In this document: positions 1-9,700 of the stretch, piece after piece
Layout: each line of letters opens with the position of its first letter
Numbering within the stretch: position 1 is the first letter of the stretch
Virus record (IMG/VR): IMGVR_UViG_3300025723_000156
Location: 1 to 25,316 of that record
Reading direction: 5' to 3' (one strand)
Source of the DNA: a virus
Taxonomy: Duplodnaviria > Caudoviricetes
Length of the DNA: 25,316 nucleotides
Program-made: the position numbers and the translations under genes
The notes under the pieces: generated by a model
Databases searched by the model: none
The model's input: only the letters and a program-made list of their open reading frames with translations
Told to the model about the DNA's origin: nothing

Positions 1-339
1 ATTCTTTAAGAAAGAAGAGAACTCCTGTTCTACATACTCTCTATCTTCGTTAACTGTCTTATAAGCTTCTTTTAGCTGTTCTACAACTGATACCTTTAAT
101 ACATCGTTTGCAATCTTCTTAACTTCAACCTGTAGAGAATCTAGAGAAGGTACTGTGTGGTACTGTTTATAGTACCTTAGAATTTCACCTATAATCCATT
201 TATGTGCTGGATTATCAAAGGATTCTGGATCTAAGATATCATGTATTGTGTTTAGAAATTCTTTATGTTTTAATAAAGAGGTAATAACTTTTATCTGAAA
301 GCTTGAGCTATACTCAGATAACTTACTTAATGTGGTCAT
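1..339 (-). CDS. Replicative DNA helicase (DnaB/gp41-like), N-terminal part; runs off the window
   Basis: Not in the ORF track. ATG at 339-337 opens 113 uninterrupted codons (MTTLSKLSEYSSSFQIKVITSLLKHKEFLNTIHDILDPESFDNPAHKWII...), resembling phage DnaB-like N-termini. Lies in the replication cluster; Walker motifs would be outside the window. Confidence 0.7.
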   Translation of the reverse strand, partial: MTTLSKLSEYSSSFQIKVITSLLKHKEFLNTIHDILDPESFDNPAHKWIIGEILRYYKQYHTVPSLDSLQVEVKKIANDVLKVSVVEQLKEAYKTVNEDREYVEQEFSSFLKN

Positions 340-359
340 GTTGTAACTGTTTATTTTAT

Positions 360-390
360 AATATAACTACTTAATCTCAGACCGCCAACT
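360..390 (-). promoter_or_regulatory. Class I (early-type) promoter motif before helicase
   Basis: AGTTGG-N19-TATATT. Confidence 0.65.
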
Positions 391-1399
391 TAAATCCAGT
401 CAAATATTGAAAGGTATCGTAAAACCAAGTTGCTACATTAGGTATACTGTTACCTAAATAATCCTCAGCATAATACTTCATAAAGGTAGCTTTATCTACA
501 GTCATATTAGGATTATCTATTACGTGTTGAATCCTTATTAGATCTTCTTCCGGAATATTAACTTCATGTAGATTCATTAACTGTTTATTGATAGCTAGCT
601 GCTGGCGGAAATCATGGATTTTCTTATACTTTCCTTGCTCTTTTTCGGCATGTTCTAAGATCTGCTCTATGTGTAGAGTCTCAGGTTCTTTTAGGGCCGG
701 GTATAGCTTTAACATCGTTTTTACTCCTAACCCCTGGACTCCAGGTACATTATCAGAGTTATCTCCAAGTAAAATCTTTTGAGTTAGAAAGTTATTGGCA
801 GGTATGCCATACTCATCTAGAACTGCTTTTGGCGTATAGAACTTCTTCTTCACCGGTGAATACACTGTTACCCTATCTGATACTAACTGTAGATAATCTC
901 TATCTGAAGACATTATATGTACCGAATCTCCTGTTGTATTACTAATATGTGCTATAACATCATCTGCCTCTATCTTATCTATTGATAACATATCCACAGG
1001 TAGACATTTTAGATAGTCTACCAGTCTTACTAGCTGATCTGTAATAGATGCAGATTCATCAGCTTGTGAATCAAATCCATCCCAATTTGAGATTTTATTG
1101 ATTTTACGGTTAGCTTTGTATTCAGGATAAAGATATCTTTTATTAGTTGATCCTCCATGTCCATCAAAGACAAGGATTACACGGGTTGGTTTGATATGCC
1201 TGATAGCAAAACCAATTGATTTTAGATACCCGGTTAACCCCCCAATATGATTTCCCTGAGGGTTTAAATGGTGGATCATTACGAAACTTCTTAGAAAGGT
1301 ATTTAACGAATCTATAAGTAGAATTCTACTGTTTTTATGTAGTGGAGTTTCTTTAGATTCTTTTAGCCCATCTATAATTGCTTTAAATTCTTTATTCAC
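377..1399 (-). CDS. rnh: 5'-3' exonuclease / flap endonuclease (T4 RNase H-like)
   Basis: Motifs LLIDSLN, VFDG, YPEYKANR, EADDVIA, SSDRDYLQL, GDNSDNVPGV.GLG.KT. GTG start overlaps the denV TAG by 1 nt. Confidence 0.92.
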   Translation of the reverse strand: MNKEFKAIIDGLKESKETPLHKNSRILLIDSLNTFLRSFVMIHHLNPQGNHIGGLTGYLKSIGFAIRHIKPTRVILVFDGHGGSTNKRYLYPEYKANRKINKISNWDGFDSQADESASITDQLVRLVDYLKCLPVDMLSIDKIEADDVIAHISNTTGDSVHIMSSDRDYLQLVSDRVTVYSPVKKKFYTPKAVLDEYGIPANNFLTQKILLGDNSDNVPGVQGLGVKTMLKLYPALKEPETLHIEQILEHAEKEQGKYKKIHDFRQQLAINKQLMNLHEVNIPEEDLIRIQHVIDNPNMTVDKATFMKYYAEDYLGNSIPNVATWFYDTFQYLTGFKLAV

Positions 1400-1806
1400 T
1401 ACATTGTTTTAGTGGTTAATTTAGATTGTTTCTTTTGCTTGGCAAGAGGATTTGCAAGTCTATCTGCAATTCTTTCACTTATGATTTGGATATCTTGCTG
1501 TGTAGGTTGATAAGTATTCATCATCTCTACCGGCACTCCATCCCAAGAGCTCTCCCAGTTCTGCACGTTAAATCCTCTACGCTTACATTCCTGGTATAAT
1601 TCTCGATACCTCTCTTTGAGGTAGCCTAGTTTATTATAGAAGAACGAAACGTGGCCTTTACCCAAGCTAAACTTAGCCGGTATAGACTTTGGATTATACC
1701 TACCTCTAGATACTACGTTTGGAATACGTTTTAATTCTCGATGCTCGGCAATTAAATGCTGATTAGTTAGAGTTTGGGGTGGAATCCCGATGTTGATGCG
1801 TGTCAT
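1399..1806 (-). CDS. denV: Pyrimidine-dimer DNA glycosylase (T4 endonuclease V family)
   Basis: MTRIN...L.NQHLIAEHRELKRI and FSLGKGHVSFFYNKLGYL.ERY match T4 DenV; catalytic Thr2 and the Glu23 equivalent (E24) are present. Confidence 0.95.
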   Translation of the reverse strand: MTRINIGIPPQTLTNQHLIAEHRELKRIPNVVSRGRYNPKSIPAKFSLGKGHVSFFYNKLGYLKERYRELYQECKRRGFNVQNWESSWDGVPVEMMNTYQPTQQDIQIISERIADRLANPLAKQKKQSKLTTKTM

Positions 1807-1812
1807 AACCTA

Positions 1813-1843
1813 AATATAATTACTTTTTTTCAGTCTACCAACT
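1813..1843 (-). promoter_or_regulatory. Class I promoter motif before denV
   Basis: AGTTGG-N19-TATATT(TAG). Confidence 0.7.
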
Positions 1844-2928
1844 TATTCTGCCTCTGAAGCATCAAAGATATCTCTTGTATCTTCTGCTGCCTCTTCGATA
1901 AGATCGAAGTCTGTTGTTCCTAGAACTGATAACCATTCTGCTGAATAGTCTTTTTTATACTTGTCGATTGCTTTCTTGTCGTCGGCTATAAATCCGTGAG
2001 CGGTCATTATTATCTTACCTTCTGTTTCTACTCCAGTAACGTGATTTTTATCACAAGAGATTTTAGTACGTTTAGCAAACTGTACAGTTTTACCGCCTTT
2101 TGTTGCTTTGATTTTGTTGGTACCTGAGTTAGCAATATTACCAAATGTAATAACCATACTAGCATCGAAATACATCGTATCTCCACCCTTGTTTTTCAAC
2201 TTAGGCTGCTCCATTGGTGAACCTGGTTTCAATACCCAAACCTTATTAATAGCCACAAAGGTATTGGTGTAGACTTGGTTTACTTTTCTTGATAACGGAA
2301 ATTTCTGATTAATGAAGTTACCGAATTGTGTTGACATAGCACCTGCATTCCATTCATTGTTGTTAGATGCTTTTTCAACTGACATCTTACATGGAATTGA
2401 TCCAACTGAATCCCAGAAGAAACATAATTCATAAGGTAACTTACCTTTCTTTTGTTCGTCTAGAATATCGGCTACAAATGCTGCTACATCTTCAATCGTT
2501 CCTAATTTTTCTCTATCTACATATAAGAAAAATCCTTCATAATCTACTACCTCTCCTGTATCTTCATCTGCTACTTCTTGGAATTGAAAACCCATTTGTC
2601 GGGCATGCTCCCAACTCCATTTCATCTCTGTAATAATTAATACAGGTAAGATTCCCATCTTCTGTGCCGACACTGCTGCCTCCAGTAAAGCGGTTGTCTT
2701 ACCTGTATCAGAATGACCTCTCAACAGCGTTATATGTCCTTTCGGTATTCCAGGTACAGAAACTGTATCCTTGAAAGCTTCCGATAAAGGTATCCATTCT
2801 TGGGTTTTAAACTTAACCGGTGATGATGCTAGGTTTTTAGATTTCTTAAACCCGCTTAAATCAGGTACTGTATTAATCGCATCGGATAACTTTGCATTTA
2901 GGGATACACCTTTTTCTGCTTTGGCCAT
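1843..2928 (-). CDS. uvsX: RecA/UvsX-like recombinase
   Basis: Walker A GHSDTGKT, Walker B FFWDSVGS, VAINKV and KGG...YFDAS segments; next to the SSB gene. Confidence 0.88.
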   Translation of the reverse strand: MAKAEKGVSLNAKLSDAINTVPDLSGFKKSKNLASSPVKFKTQEWIPLSEAFKDTVSVPGIPKGHITLLRGHSDTGKTTALLEAAVSAQKMGILPVLIITEMKWSWEHARQMGFQFQEVADEDTGEVVDYEGFFLYVDREKLGTIEDVAAFVADILDEQKKGKLPYELCFFWDSVGSIPCKMSVEKASNNNEWNAGAMSTQFGNFINQKFPLSRKVNQVYTNTFVAINKVWVLKPGSPMEQPKLKNKGGDTMYFDASMVITFGNIANSGTNKIKATKGGKTVQFAKRTKISCDKNHVTGVETEGKIIMTAHGFIADDKKAIDKYKKDYSAEWLSVLGTTDFDLIEEAAEDTRDIFDASEAE

Positions 2929-2953
2929 AAACTGTTAAATTGATTGGTTTTAA

Positions 2954-3808
2954 TTAAAATGGTAAATCGTCGTCTGATTCTATTTCTTTAGCTGCTTTTG
3001 TAGGTGCAAATATATCATCGAAGGCTTTATCTACATCTAATGGAGATGCTTTCTTACCTAATGAATAATTTGACTTTACTTTTTCTACTGGTGCTGCTAC
3101 AGTGGGTGCCGGTGTTTCAGCTACTTCTTCTGTTTCAGAAGGATTTAACCATTCTAGTAATGAGTTTTTCATTTCATCATACCCGTATTTCTTGAATAGG
3201 GTCATTGGATCTGGTTGGTTTTGTAACCAAGCCTCTACATCTTTACCGTTCGGCGATAGAGGTGTGATCTTAGTTCTAACTCTAACCTTTGATTGGTTAT
3301 AACCAGTACCGTTAGTTTCTGCGTCAGTAGTTTCGATTGTTAAATCTCTACCTTCTACTGGATCGGTATAGTCTTGTACATCTTCGTCTTCAGCGATTGC
3401 TAGTAACTCCATGTAGATTTGTTTACCGAACTCCCATAACCTTACGCCTTTTTCTTCTTCACCTCTTACGATAACAGGTGTAAATACACGCATCTTAGGT
3501 GCTAGTTTTTTAGCCATCGCCCAGTTGTCTTTGTCACTAGTCTTTCTTAGCTGATCGGCAAATTCAACGATTGGGTCTTTCTCACCGAAGTTGGCTAGTG
3601 AGATCATTGTACGGTTTCCTACTCCGTAATGGAAAAATAATTCCTTAAAAGGATTGTGCTTGTCGTACATCGAAGGTACAATTCGAATTACGTGTTTTCC
3701 CACACTGGGTTTCCAGATTAACTGGCTTAGATCTTTTCTTTGGCCTCTATTACCTTTCTGTTGTAAGGAAGCCAGCTTGCTCTTGATTGCTGTTAGGTCC
3801 ATGCCCAT
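2954..3808 (-). CDS. Single-stranded DNA-binding protein (gp32-like)
   Basis: WKP...VIRIVP, GVRLWEFGKQIY, DYTDPVEGRDLTI motifs; acidic tail ending DDDLPF. True start may be Met3. Confidence 0.85.
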   Translation of the reverse strand: MGMDLTAIKSKLASLQQKGNRGQRKDLSQLIWKPSVGKHVIRIVPSMYDKHNPFKELFFHYGVGNRTMISLANFGEKDPIVEFADQLRKTSDKDNWAMAKKLAPKMRVFTPVIVRGEEEKGVRLWEFGKQIYMELLAIAEDEDVQDYTDPVEGRDLTIETTDAETNGTGYNQSKVRVRTKITPLSPNGKDVEAWLQNQPDPMTLFKKYGYDEMKNSLLEWLNPSETEEVAETPAPTVAAPVEKVKSNYSLGKKASPLDVDKAFDDIFAPTKAAKEIESDDDLPF

Positions 3809-3868
3809 GTTCTTAGCTGTTTTATTGTGAATTAATAATATACAGTGTTTATATTGCCGTATAAGAGT

Positions 3869-3899
3869 AATATACGGACTTCTAGTTAGGTTAGCAACT
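3869..3899 (-). promoter_or_regulatory. Class I promoter motif before SSB
   Basis: A-tract, AGTTGC-N19-TATATT. Confidence 0.7.
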
Positions 3900-3904
3900 T
3901 TTTT

Positions 3905-4243
3905 TTACATATAAATGCTACCTCTTATACCAGGACACATTTTTCTAATTTCTTCTTCAGTGTAGTTTTTAGAAAGCGGAGTACCTTTTATCCAAAAAAA
4001 CCCACCTACTTTTAAACCTTTAGGTAGAGAAGTGATTGGAGTATCGCTTAAATTAAGATCTCCTCCTACTTTTAAACCTTCAGGTAGTGAAGTAATTTCA
4101 CTGCCGTACAAATCAAGACTACCTTTTATATGTAGATCTTCAGGTACTATAGAATCAGGCTCATAAATAAGCTTATACTCAAAAGGTTTCTTTTTTCCTT
4201 CTTTCTTCTCTAAAAAATTAAAAAACTGTTTTATGTGTGACAT
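3905..4243 (-). CDS. Small protein with 20-aa LRR-like repeats (ITSLPxGLKVGG)
   Basis: About 2.5 copies of a 20-residue unit; matching 60-bp DNA periodicity. Confidence 0.75.
   Translation of the reverse strand: MSHIKQFFNFLEKKEGKKKPFEYKLIYEPDSIVPEDLHIKGSLDLYGSEITSLPEGLKVGGDLNLSDTPITSLPKGLKVGGFFWIKGTPLSKNYTEEEIRKMCPGIRGSIYM
4002..4097. repeat. Imperfect direct repeat with 60-bp period inside the LRR-like gene
   Basis: cc(a/t)cctacttttaaacctt(t/c)aggtag(a/t)gaagt(g/a)att at 4002-4037 and 4062-4097. Confidence 0.85.
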
Positions 4244-4259
4244 ACTGATTACTAATTTT

Positions 4260-4676
4260 TTAAAGTGTTACAATCTTAAAAATCTTTGTTTTCAGTTGTC
4301 TTAGATCAGGACCTTGGGTGAGTAAAACGGTGTTACGATGGTCTTGCCAGTTTATTTTAAATTGAGGATCTATAGTACCGCCGTTTAAGGTACGTATTAG
4401 TGCATTTAAACCATTGATGGTATATAACGTATTGGATTCTTTTTTTCTATGTAGAAGTATGGTGTTCTTTAAAACACTGTTACTTGAATTAGGCGGGTCA
4501 ATGTTGTAAGTAATAAGGTACTCTTCACCGTCTACTGCTTCTAGTACAAATATTTTATTGTATACTATGCTGTAATGTGTTGTAATGGTTGTAAGAGTAT
4601 CGTCTAAGATATCTTTAGCAGTAAAGGTACAAAATAATTTATTGCTCAATTGGAAAATGTTTATCTGTTCTGTCAT
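4260..4676 (-). CDS. Hypothetical protein directly downstream of the PolA-like gene
   Basis: 138-aa ORF with a CTATTTAT box and AAACAGTT just upstream; contains HRKKESNTLYTIN; no function recognised. Confidence 0.8.
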   Translation of the reverse strand: MTEQINIFQLSNKLFCTFTAKDILDDTLTTITTHYSIVYNKIFVLEAVDGEEYLITYNIDPPNSSNSVLKNTILLHRKKESNTLYTINGLNALIRTLNGGTIDPQFKINWQDHRNTVLLTQGPDLRQLKTKIFKIVTL

Positions 4677-4690
4677 AACTGTTTTCTTTA

Positions 4691-6013
4691 TTATAAATAG
4701 CTGGTTTTTATTAGAGAAGCATAGTCTTTACCTGCTTTTACTTTAGCTTTAAACCCTTCTCTCTCAATTACCTTTTTAATTTCTAGTAGCACTTCTTTAC
4801 CGTCTTCTAATGAAGCATCTAGTAAAAAAGAATCGTAAACCACTAATACTACCTCACTTTTATACTTACTTAGGATTGAATTAATCTCGATCAAGAAATT
4901 CACGTTTTGCCTTGTTTCCTCGTTCTGTATACTATAATTAAATAGTTTCTGTGGATTCAAAGAGATCTTTGGGAGATGCAAGGCTCTCCCTGTTTTCAAT
5001 ATAGTTTTACCTGTTTCTTGATACTCTATCCACAATCTATCTACGTATCTTTCTATTTCCTGGAAGAATGGTATGGATTTATACTCTTTATGTACTCCTC
5101 CGTAGATTTGTTTAAAGGATATTGCTTTGGCTTCTTGATATTCATCTTCTGTTAATTCTTCTTTTTGGAAGTAATACCTACCTAACTGTATATGAATAGA
5201 TTCGGCGGTATCGAATTTATATCCAACCAGTTTTGCAATTAGAGTTAGATGGTAGGCTTCAAAGTCAAACTCCACAAATAAATCATTCTTAGGTATAAAT
5301 GCCTGTCTTGAAGAATCCTCTTTATTGAGTGCAAGGAAATTTATGGCATTAAATGCATTTGTAGGTCTAGCCGTCAGGTTGTAGAGGTTATAGGAAGTGT
5401 AGATTGTGTTATCCTTAATTGAGTAAGGTCCCCAAGTTGGTTCATAATACTTATCAAAGATAACTGGATTTATTTTAATTCCGTTACTCTCTATTCTACT
5501 GTATTCTCTAGCTAGGTCAGTATTAAAGGTTGTATCTTCTTCCTTTCCTATATAGGCTTTAACCTGGTCGTAGAGGCATTCACATTTTTCGTAATGCTTG
5601 GATACAGGAATGATACTATTGAGATTTGGAAGTAGTGAATGGTCAGTATAGTAGTGCTGTATAATTTTAGGGGTACATTCAAAGATAACGTGTTTATTTT
5701 CCTGATCTAGAATAGTTTGATTGATATCAACTATATTATCATGCTTAATGAATCTAGAGGTCAGTTTTTGATCTTGACAGTACACCTTTTTATACCCAGC
5801 TAAAAATGCCTGGATTTCTTCTAGAGTTAAAGATAGAGTCTCACTATGATTAATAGCCAGAATATACCCGCTATATTTATCTCTTATATAAATAAGACTG
5901 ACGTAATTTAATTCAGGATGGTAATTATCGCTACCTAATATAACCTTTATATAACAATCTTCTCTTAACACTAGCCTGGCTAACTGCTCACTTGTTTCTA
6001 CTATGTAAAACAT
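4691..6013 (-). CDS. Compact, divergent family A polymerase-like protein
   Basis: LTARP (TGRL-like), RQAFIP, motif A EFDFEAYH, motif B EAKAISFKQIYGG, NYSIQ (N..IQG-like), motif C LVVYDSFLLD. Only 440 aa, with no clear exonuclease motifs. Confidence 0.8.
   Translation of the reverse strand: MFYIVETSEQLARLVLREDCYIKVILGSDNYHPELNYVSLIYIRDKYSGYILAINHSETLSLTLEEIQAFLAGYKKVYCQDQKLTSRFIKHDNIVDINQTILDQENKHVIFECTPKIIQHYYTDHSLLPNLNSIIPVSKHYEKCECLYDQVKAYIGKEEDTTFNTDLAREYSRIESNGIKINPVIFDKYYEPTWGPYSIKDNTIYTSYNLYNLTARPTNAFNAINFLALNKEDSSRQAFIPKNDLFVEFDFEAYHLTLIAKLVGYKFDTAESIHIQLGRYYFQKEELTEDEYQEAKAISFKQIYGGVHKEYKSIPFFQEIERYVDRLWIEYQETGKTILKTGRALHLPKISLNPQKLFNYSIQNEETRQNVNFLIEINSILSKYKSEVVLVVYDSFLLDASLEDGKEVLLEIKKVIEREGFKAKVKAGKDYASLIKTSYL
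4693..4700 (-). promoter_or_regulatory. Class II box CTATTTAT
   Basis: Overlaps the last codons of the PolA-like gene, upstream of the 138-aa ORF. Confidence 0.6.
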
Positions 6014-6029
6014 CTAAACCTTTTGTTGT

Positions 6030-6060
6030 AAGTTATGAACTTATTTTCACATTTCCAACT
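6030..6060 (-). promoter_or_regulatory. Class I promoter motif before the PolA-like gene
   Basis: A-tract, AGTTGG-N19-TAACTT. Confidence 0.65.
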
Positions 6061-6066
6061 TTTTTT

Positions 6067-6693
6067 CTAATTAGTAGGTTTACTAAATTTAGTATAGTTA
6101 CCTCCAATATAATCTGTTAGACCTTGGAAAGTTGGTTCTTTAGCTGCTACAAGTCTTGTATTTGTATCAATGATACCGGCGATTGGATACTTACCTGGAG
6201 GTCTAGTATTATGTAAAGGCCCGGTTAACTGCCATAATACACTTGTAGCCTGGTAAGTTATATAATCATAAACACTATCGGCAGTCTGCAAAGAAGTGTA
6301 GGTAGGTTGATCTACTTCAATAACAAATCCGGCCATAGTTCTTTTCTTGGCAAAATACCTTGTGAAATAACCTGCTTTGTAATCTTGATCAGTTGGTTGA
6401 GGATTAAAAGATTTGGGTACTTGAGATGTAAGTAGGAGTGACGGTGCTGCTACCGTATTATAGGTTTCATTACCCGGTACAATTATGGGTGTATCCGAGG
6501 TAGTGATAGTCGGTATCTGAACAGGTTTTAATGTAAAAGAGGGACCTGTTATAGGATCTGGTCCACTAAAAGTATGTCCGTCGTAGGTTATGTAATAAAG
6601 ACCTTTATAGTCATTACCGTTTAATGTAAATTCACCACCTTGGGTCTTTAATCTAGTCTGTACTCTACTTGAGGGGTAGTATTTAATTGGCAT
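6067..6693 (-). CDS. Hypothetical protein, probably virion/baseplate-associated
   Basis: 208-aa ORF, last gene of the tightly packed tail/baseplate run; function inferred from position only. Confidence 0.65.
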   Translation of the reverse strand: MPIKYYPSSRVQTRLKTQGGEFTLNGNDYKGLYYITYDGHTFSGPDPITGPSFTLKPVQIPTITTSDTPIIVPGNETYNTVAAPSLLLTSQVPKSFNPQPTDQDYKAGYFTRYFAKKRTMAGFVIEVDQPTYTSLQTADSVYDYITYQATSVLWQLTGPLHNTRPPGKYPIAGIIDTNTRLVAAKEPTFQGLTDYIGGNYTKFSKPTN

Positions 6694-6710
6694 ATCTTAT
6701 CTTAATTTAT

Positions 6711-9700
6711 TTAACCTGTAAATCTCCAATCAGCTACGTTTCCTTGTTTAAAAGTAATGCCTTGAATGGTAGGTGTAGCTCCATTTGCAATCGACAAACT
6801 ACGGGTAGCTATATCTATTTTAGCTGATCCTTTTCCTGTAAATGCTCCTCCTGTATCTAAGACTTTAAATATAATTAACTTACCGTTTTTACCTACGAAA
6901 TTTGGATTTATTAAGTTAACTCCTTTATAAGGCGGTTTAGATAACGGTGTATCCATAGCGACGGTAACGTAACTAGCTTTACCCTCTAAGTAATCTTCTA
7001 ATGTCTTAACAGGACTACCGAATCTATCTGATGCAGAACCTTCTAATTTTTTCTGAGTAGATGTTTGTCCTTTACCTGGTGCATAGTAAGTTACATAACT
7101 TGTAAATGGACTATTTAGTCCAGGTAGAGATGTCGGTAAGGTTGGCGGTGGTATAACTTTAGGTGTTGAATTAGATGGTGTTATTCGAGATCCAGATGGT
7201 AGATTTATCATACCCCCTCTAATTGACGTAGTCCATTGATTACTCTCAATAGTGTGACTTACACCATATACAGTAAACCCAACTAACTGCTTACCTTGTG
7301 AATCTAAATACTGTATGGGTAACCTACTTGAAGGAATTGTGAATGCTTCAAATAACGGTATACCGCCTATTCCATCTAGAGTCATATTGAGCTCTAAAGG
7401 TAAAACTCCATTTGCAGTTACGTGGTCGGCACCTACTCCTGTCCCATTTTTTATTTTTAAAAGAGCATCTAAATAATAGTTTTGAACTTTAGCTACATTA
7501 TCTACTACGTATCTTAATTCACCGGAGTGATTTGTAAACCCGTAAGCGGCGGCAAGAAAATTATTAACTCCATTAGCTAATGCTACTAAGTCACTTTGTG
7601 CTTTTGCTGCTTGGTCCTTTGCTGCTTGATCATAAGTCGTTGTTCCACTTTTTGACGCTATTGCTGCATCATTTATTGCTAACCTATTTCTTAACCTACC
7701 GTTTATACCAAGTATACCGCTTGTATCTATATTAGCTCCGGTCGGATCATTTATAGCGCCTTCACTAGAATCGTGCATAGCAGTTATTGCTAAAGCAGAT
7801 CCATATTGCGTACTTGCATTTGTTTTTAAACTAAAATCTCTAACGGTTTGATTTTGAAGTCCAAATACGTTTATAGTAGGGACTTCTTCATTATAATCTT
7901 GCATTTGATTTTCAATAATAGAAAATACATGATGTGGATCCATTCCATCAGGAAGTAGTTTTAATTGATTAATACCTCCGAGTGCTGTATTAATACCTTT
8001 GAGAATTTCATCTATATAATCAGATAAATTAACATTTTTAGTTTTTTGATCTTTTGAAAGTTGATTATCGTAAACTGAGATTAGATAATCCACATTAACA
8101 AATATATTTAACGTATTTCCGATATACACACTACTATTTGGACTTCTAGTTTTAACACTTGTAGTAGCGTGTAAGTATGATAGTCCGGTAGCAGTAATTT
8201 TATCATTGACAGTATTACCAGTTGAATTTGTAATAGGATTGGTTATTTCTGAAATAGCTACACCTTTTTTGGTAAATAGGTCTGCAAAATCTTGACCGTT
8301 ACTACTAGTGTCTACTATACAAACACTGGGATCAGTAGATAACTGTGGCGGTACTCTTAAACATGTACTTGTATCCGGGTGAAAGTCTATGTACTGTAAT
8401 GGTTTACCTTTACTCTCTGGTCCGGAGTACAATAAACATGAGTTGTTAATATAGGCTAGAAGTAAGCTTAACGGTATATATGATTTAGTTGTAACTTTAG
8501 ATTTCTCAAAATCATTACCTACGATCTCTCTTATACTTAGAGTTATATAAGTCACAAAGTCTTCTATTTTTAAAGGTCGTATTTTATCTCGTAATATTAA
8601 TTTTTCAGTATTACTAGCTTTTACGTAAGCTTTACTAAATCCATGCGTAGCTAGATCATCTAAGGAACCAATCTCTGCATTAGGGTTTAATCTAGATAGT
8701 AGGTCTACATTACTACTCGCAAAACACTGTCTAACTACTTCTTGGAACATTATGCTGTAAGGATTATTACCTTTTTGATTTTCAGTAGTGTATTTTTGAG
8801 TAAAGTTTTTAATGTTAACTAAGAATGCTTTTAGAGCCGAGTCAGGCGGGGTAGAGACTGTCTGTGTAGATGTTGCAGGTGAACCTTCTATAGGTATTAT
8901 CTGCGGCATATTTGCCTGGCTATTAATCTTTAAAGATTCAGCTAATGAACCTAACCCGGTTAATTTTACAGTGCAGTCGTAACTTCCATCTTTATTTTGA
9001 GTCCAGTCATAGTTTGAAACTAATCCAATCATCGCATCGTAATTATATCCACTACGTTTTCTTATTGTTTTTATTTGATCTTGTATATCTGCAGTAGTAA
9101 TTCCTGGTTTTTGAGTATCTATGGGTTGAAAAATATCTGTATGAACGTGTCCTTTATTGTCAACAAATACACTATGTCCCCACTCTACTAGACAGTAGTA
9201 CCCGAGTCTGAAGTATAACATATCTAAAACACTAAGTTGATTTAGATTCCAAGCTTTTATTTTAATAGTTGCTGAATATACTGCTCCAACTGGTGGTAAA
9301 GATTCTAAATGTAAAGATTGTATACCTGGCATTGGTCTATAACCTAATTCACTAGTCCCACCAGGACCGTATGCACCATGTACCGGATCCACACCATATC
9401 TCATAGTCGCGTTAACTAGTCCATCTTTACTTGTGAAATTTGTGACTATTTCTCCGGATAAAGTCCAATTTTTTGCAAGATCGGTAGAACGTTCTATGTA
9501 CACCTGGTTATCGAATAACCTATTAACAATGCCAATACTGTCTTTGCCTACAATTTCGGTAAAAGATGTCATTTTAATCCAGCAATTTTTGTTACTTAGA
9601 TAGAGTAGGTTATTTGTATTTCTAGACCCTATTTGTCCTAGTAGCTCCTGTCTTCTCTTTAACTGTGTGATAATGTCTGGATTGAGTGCACCCCCAACAA

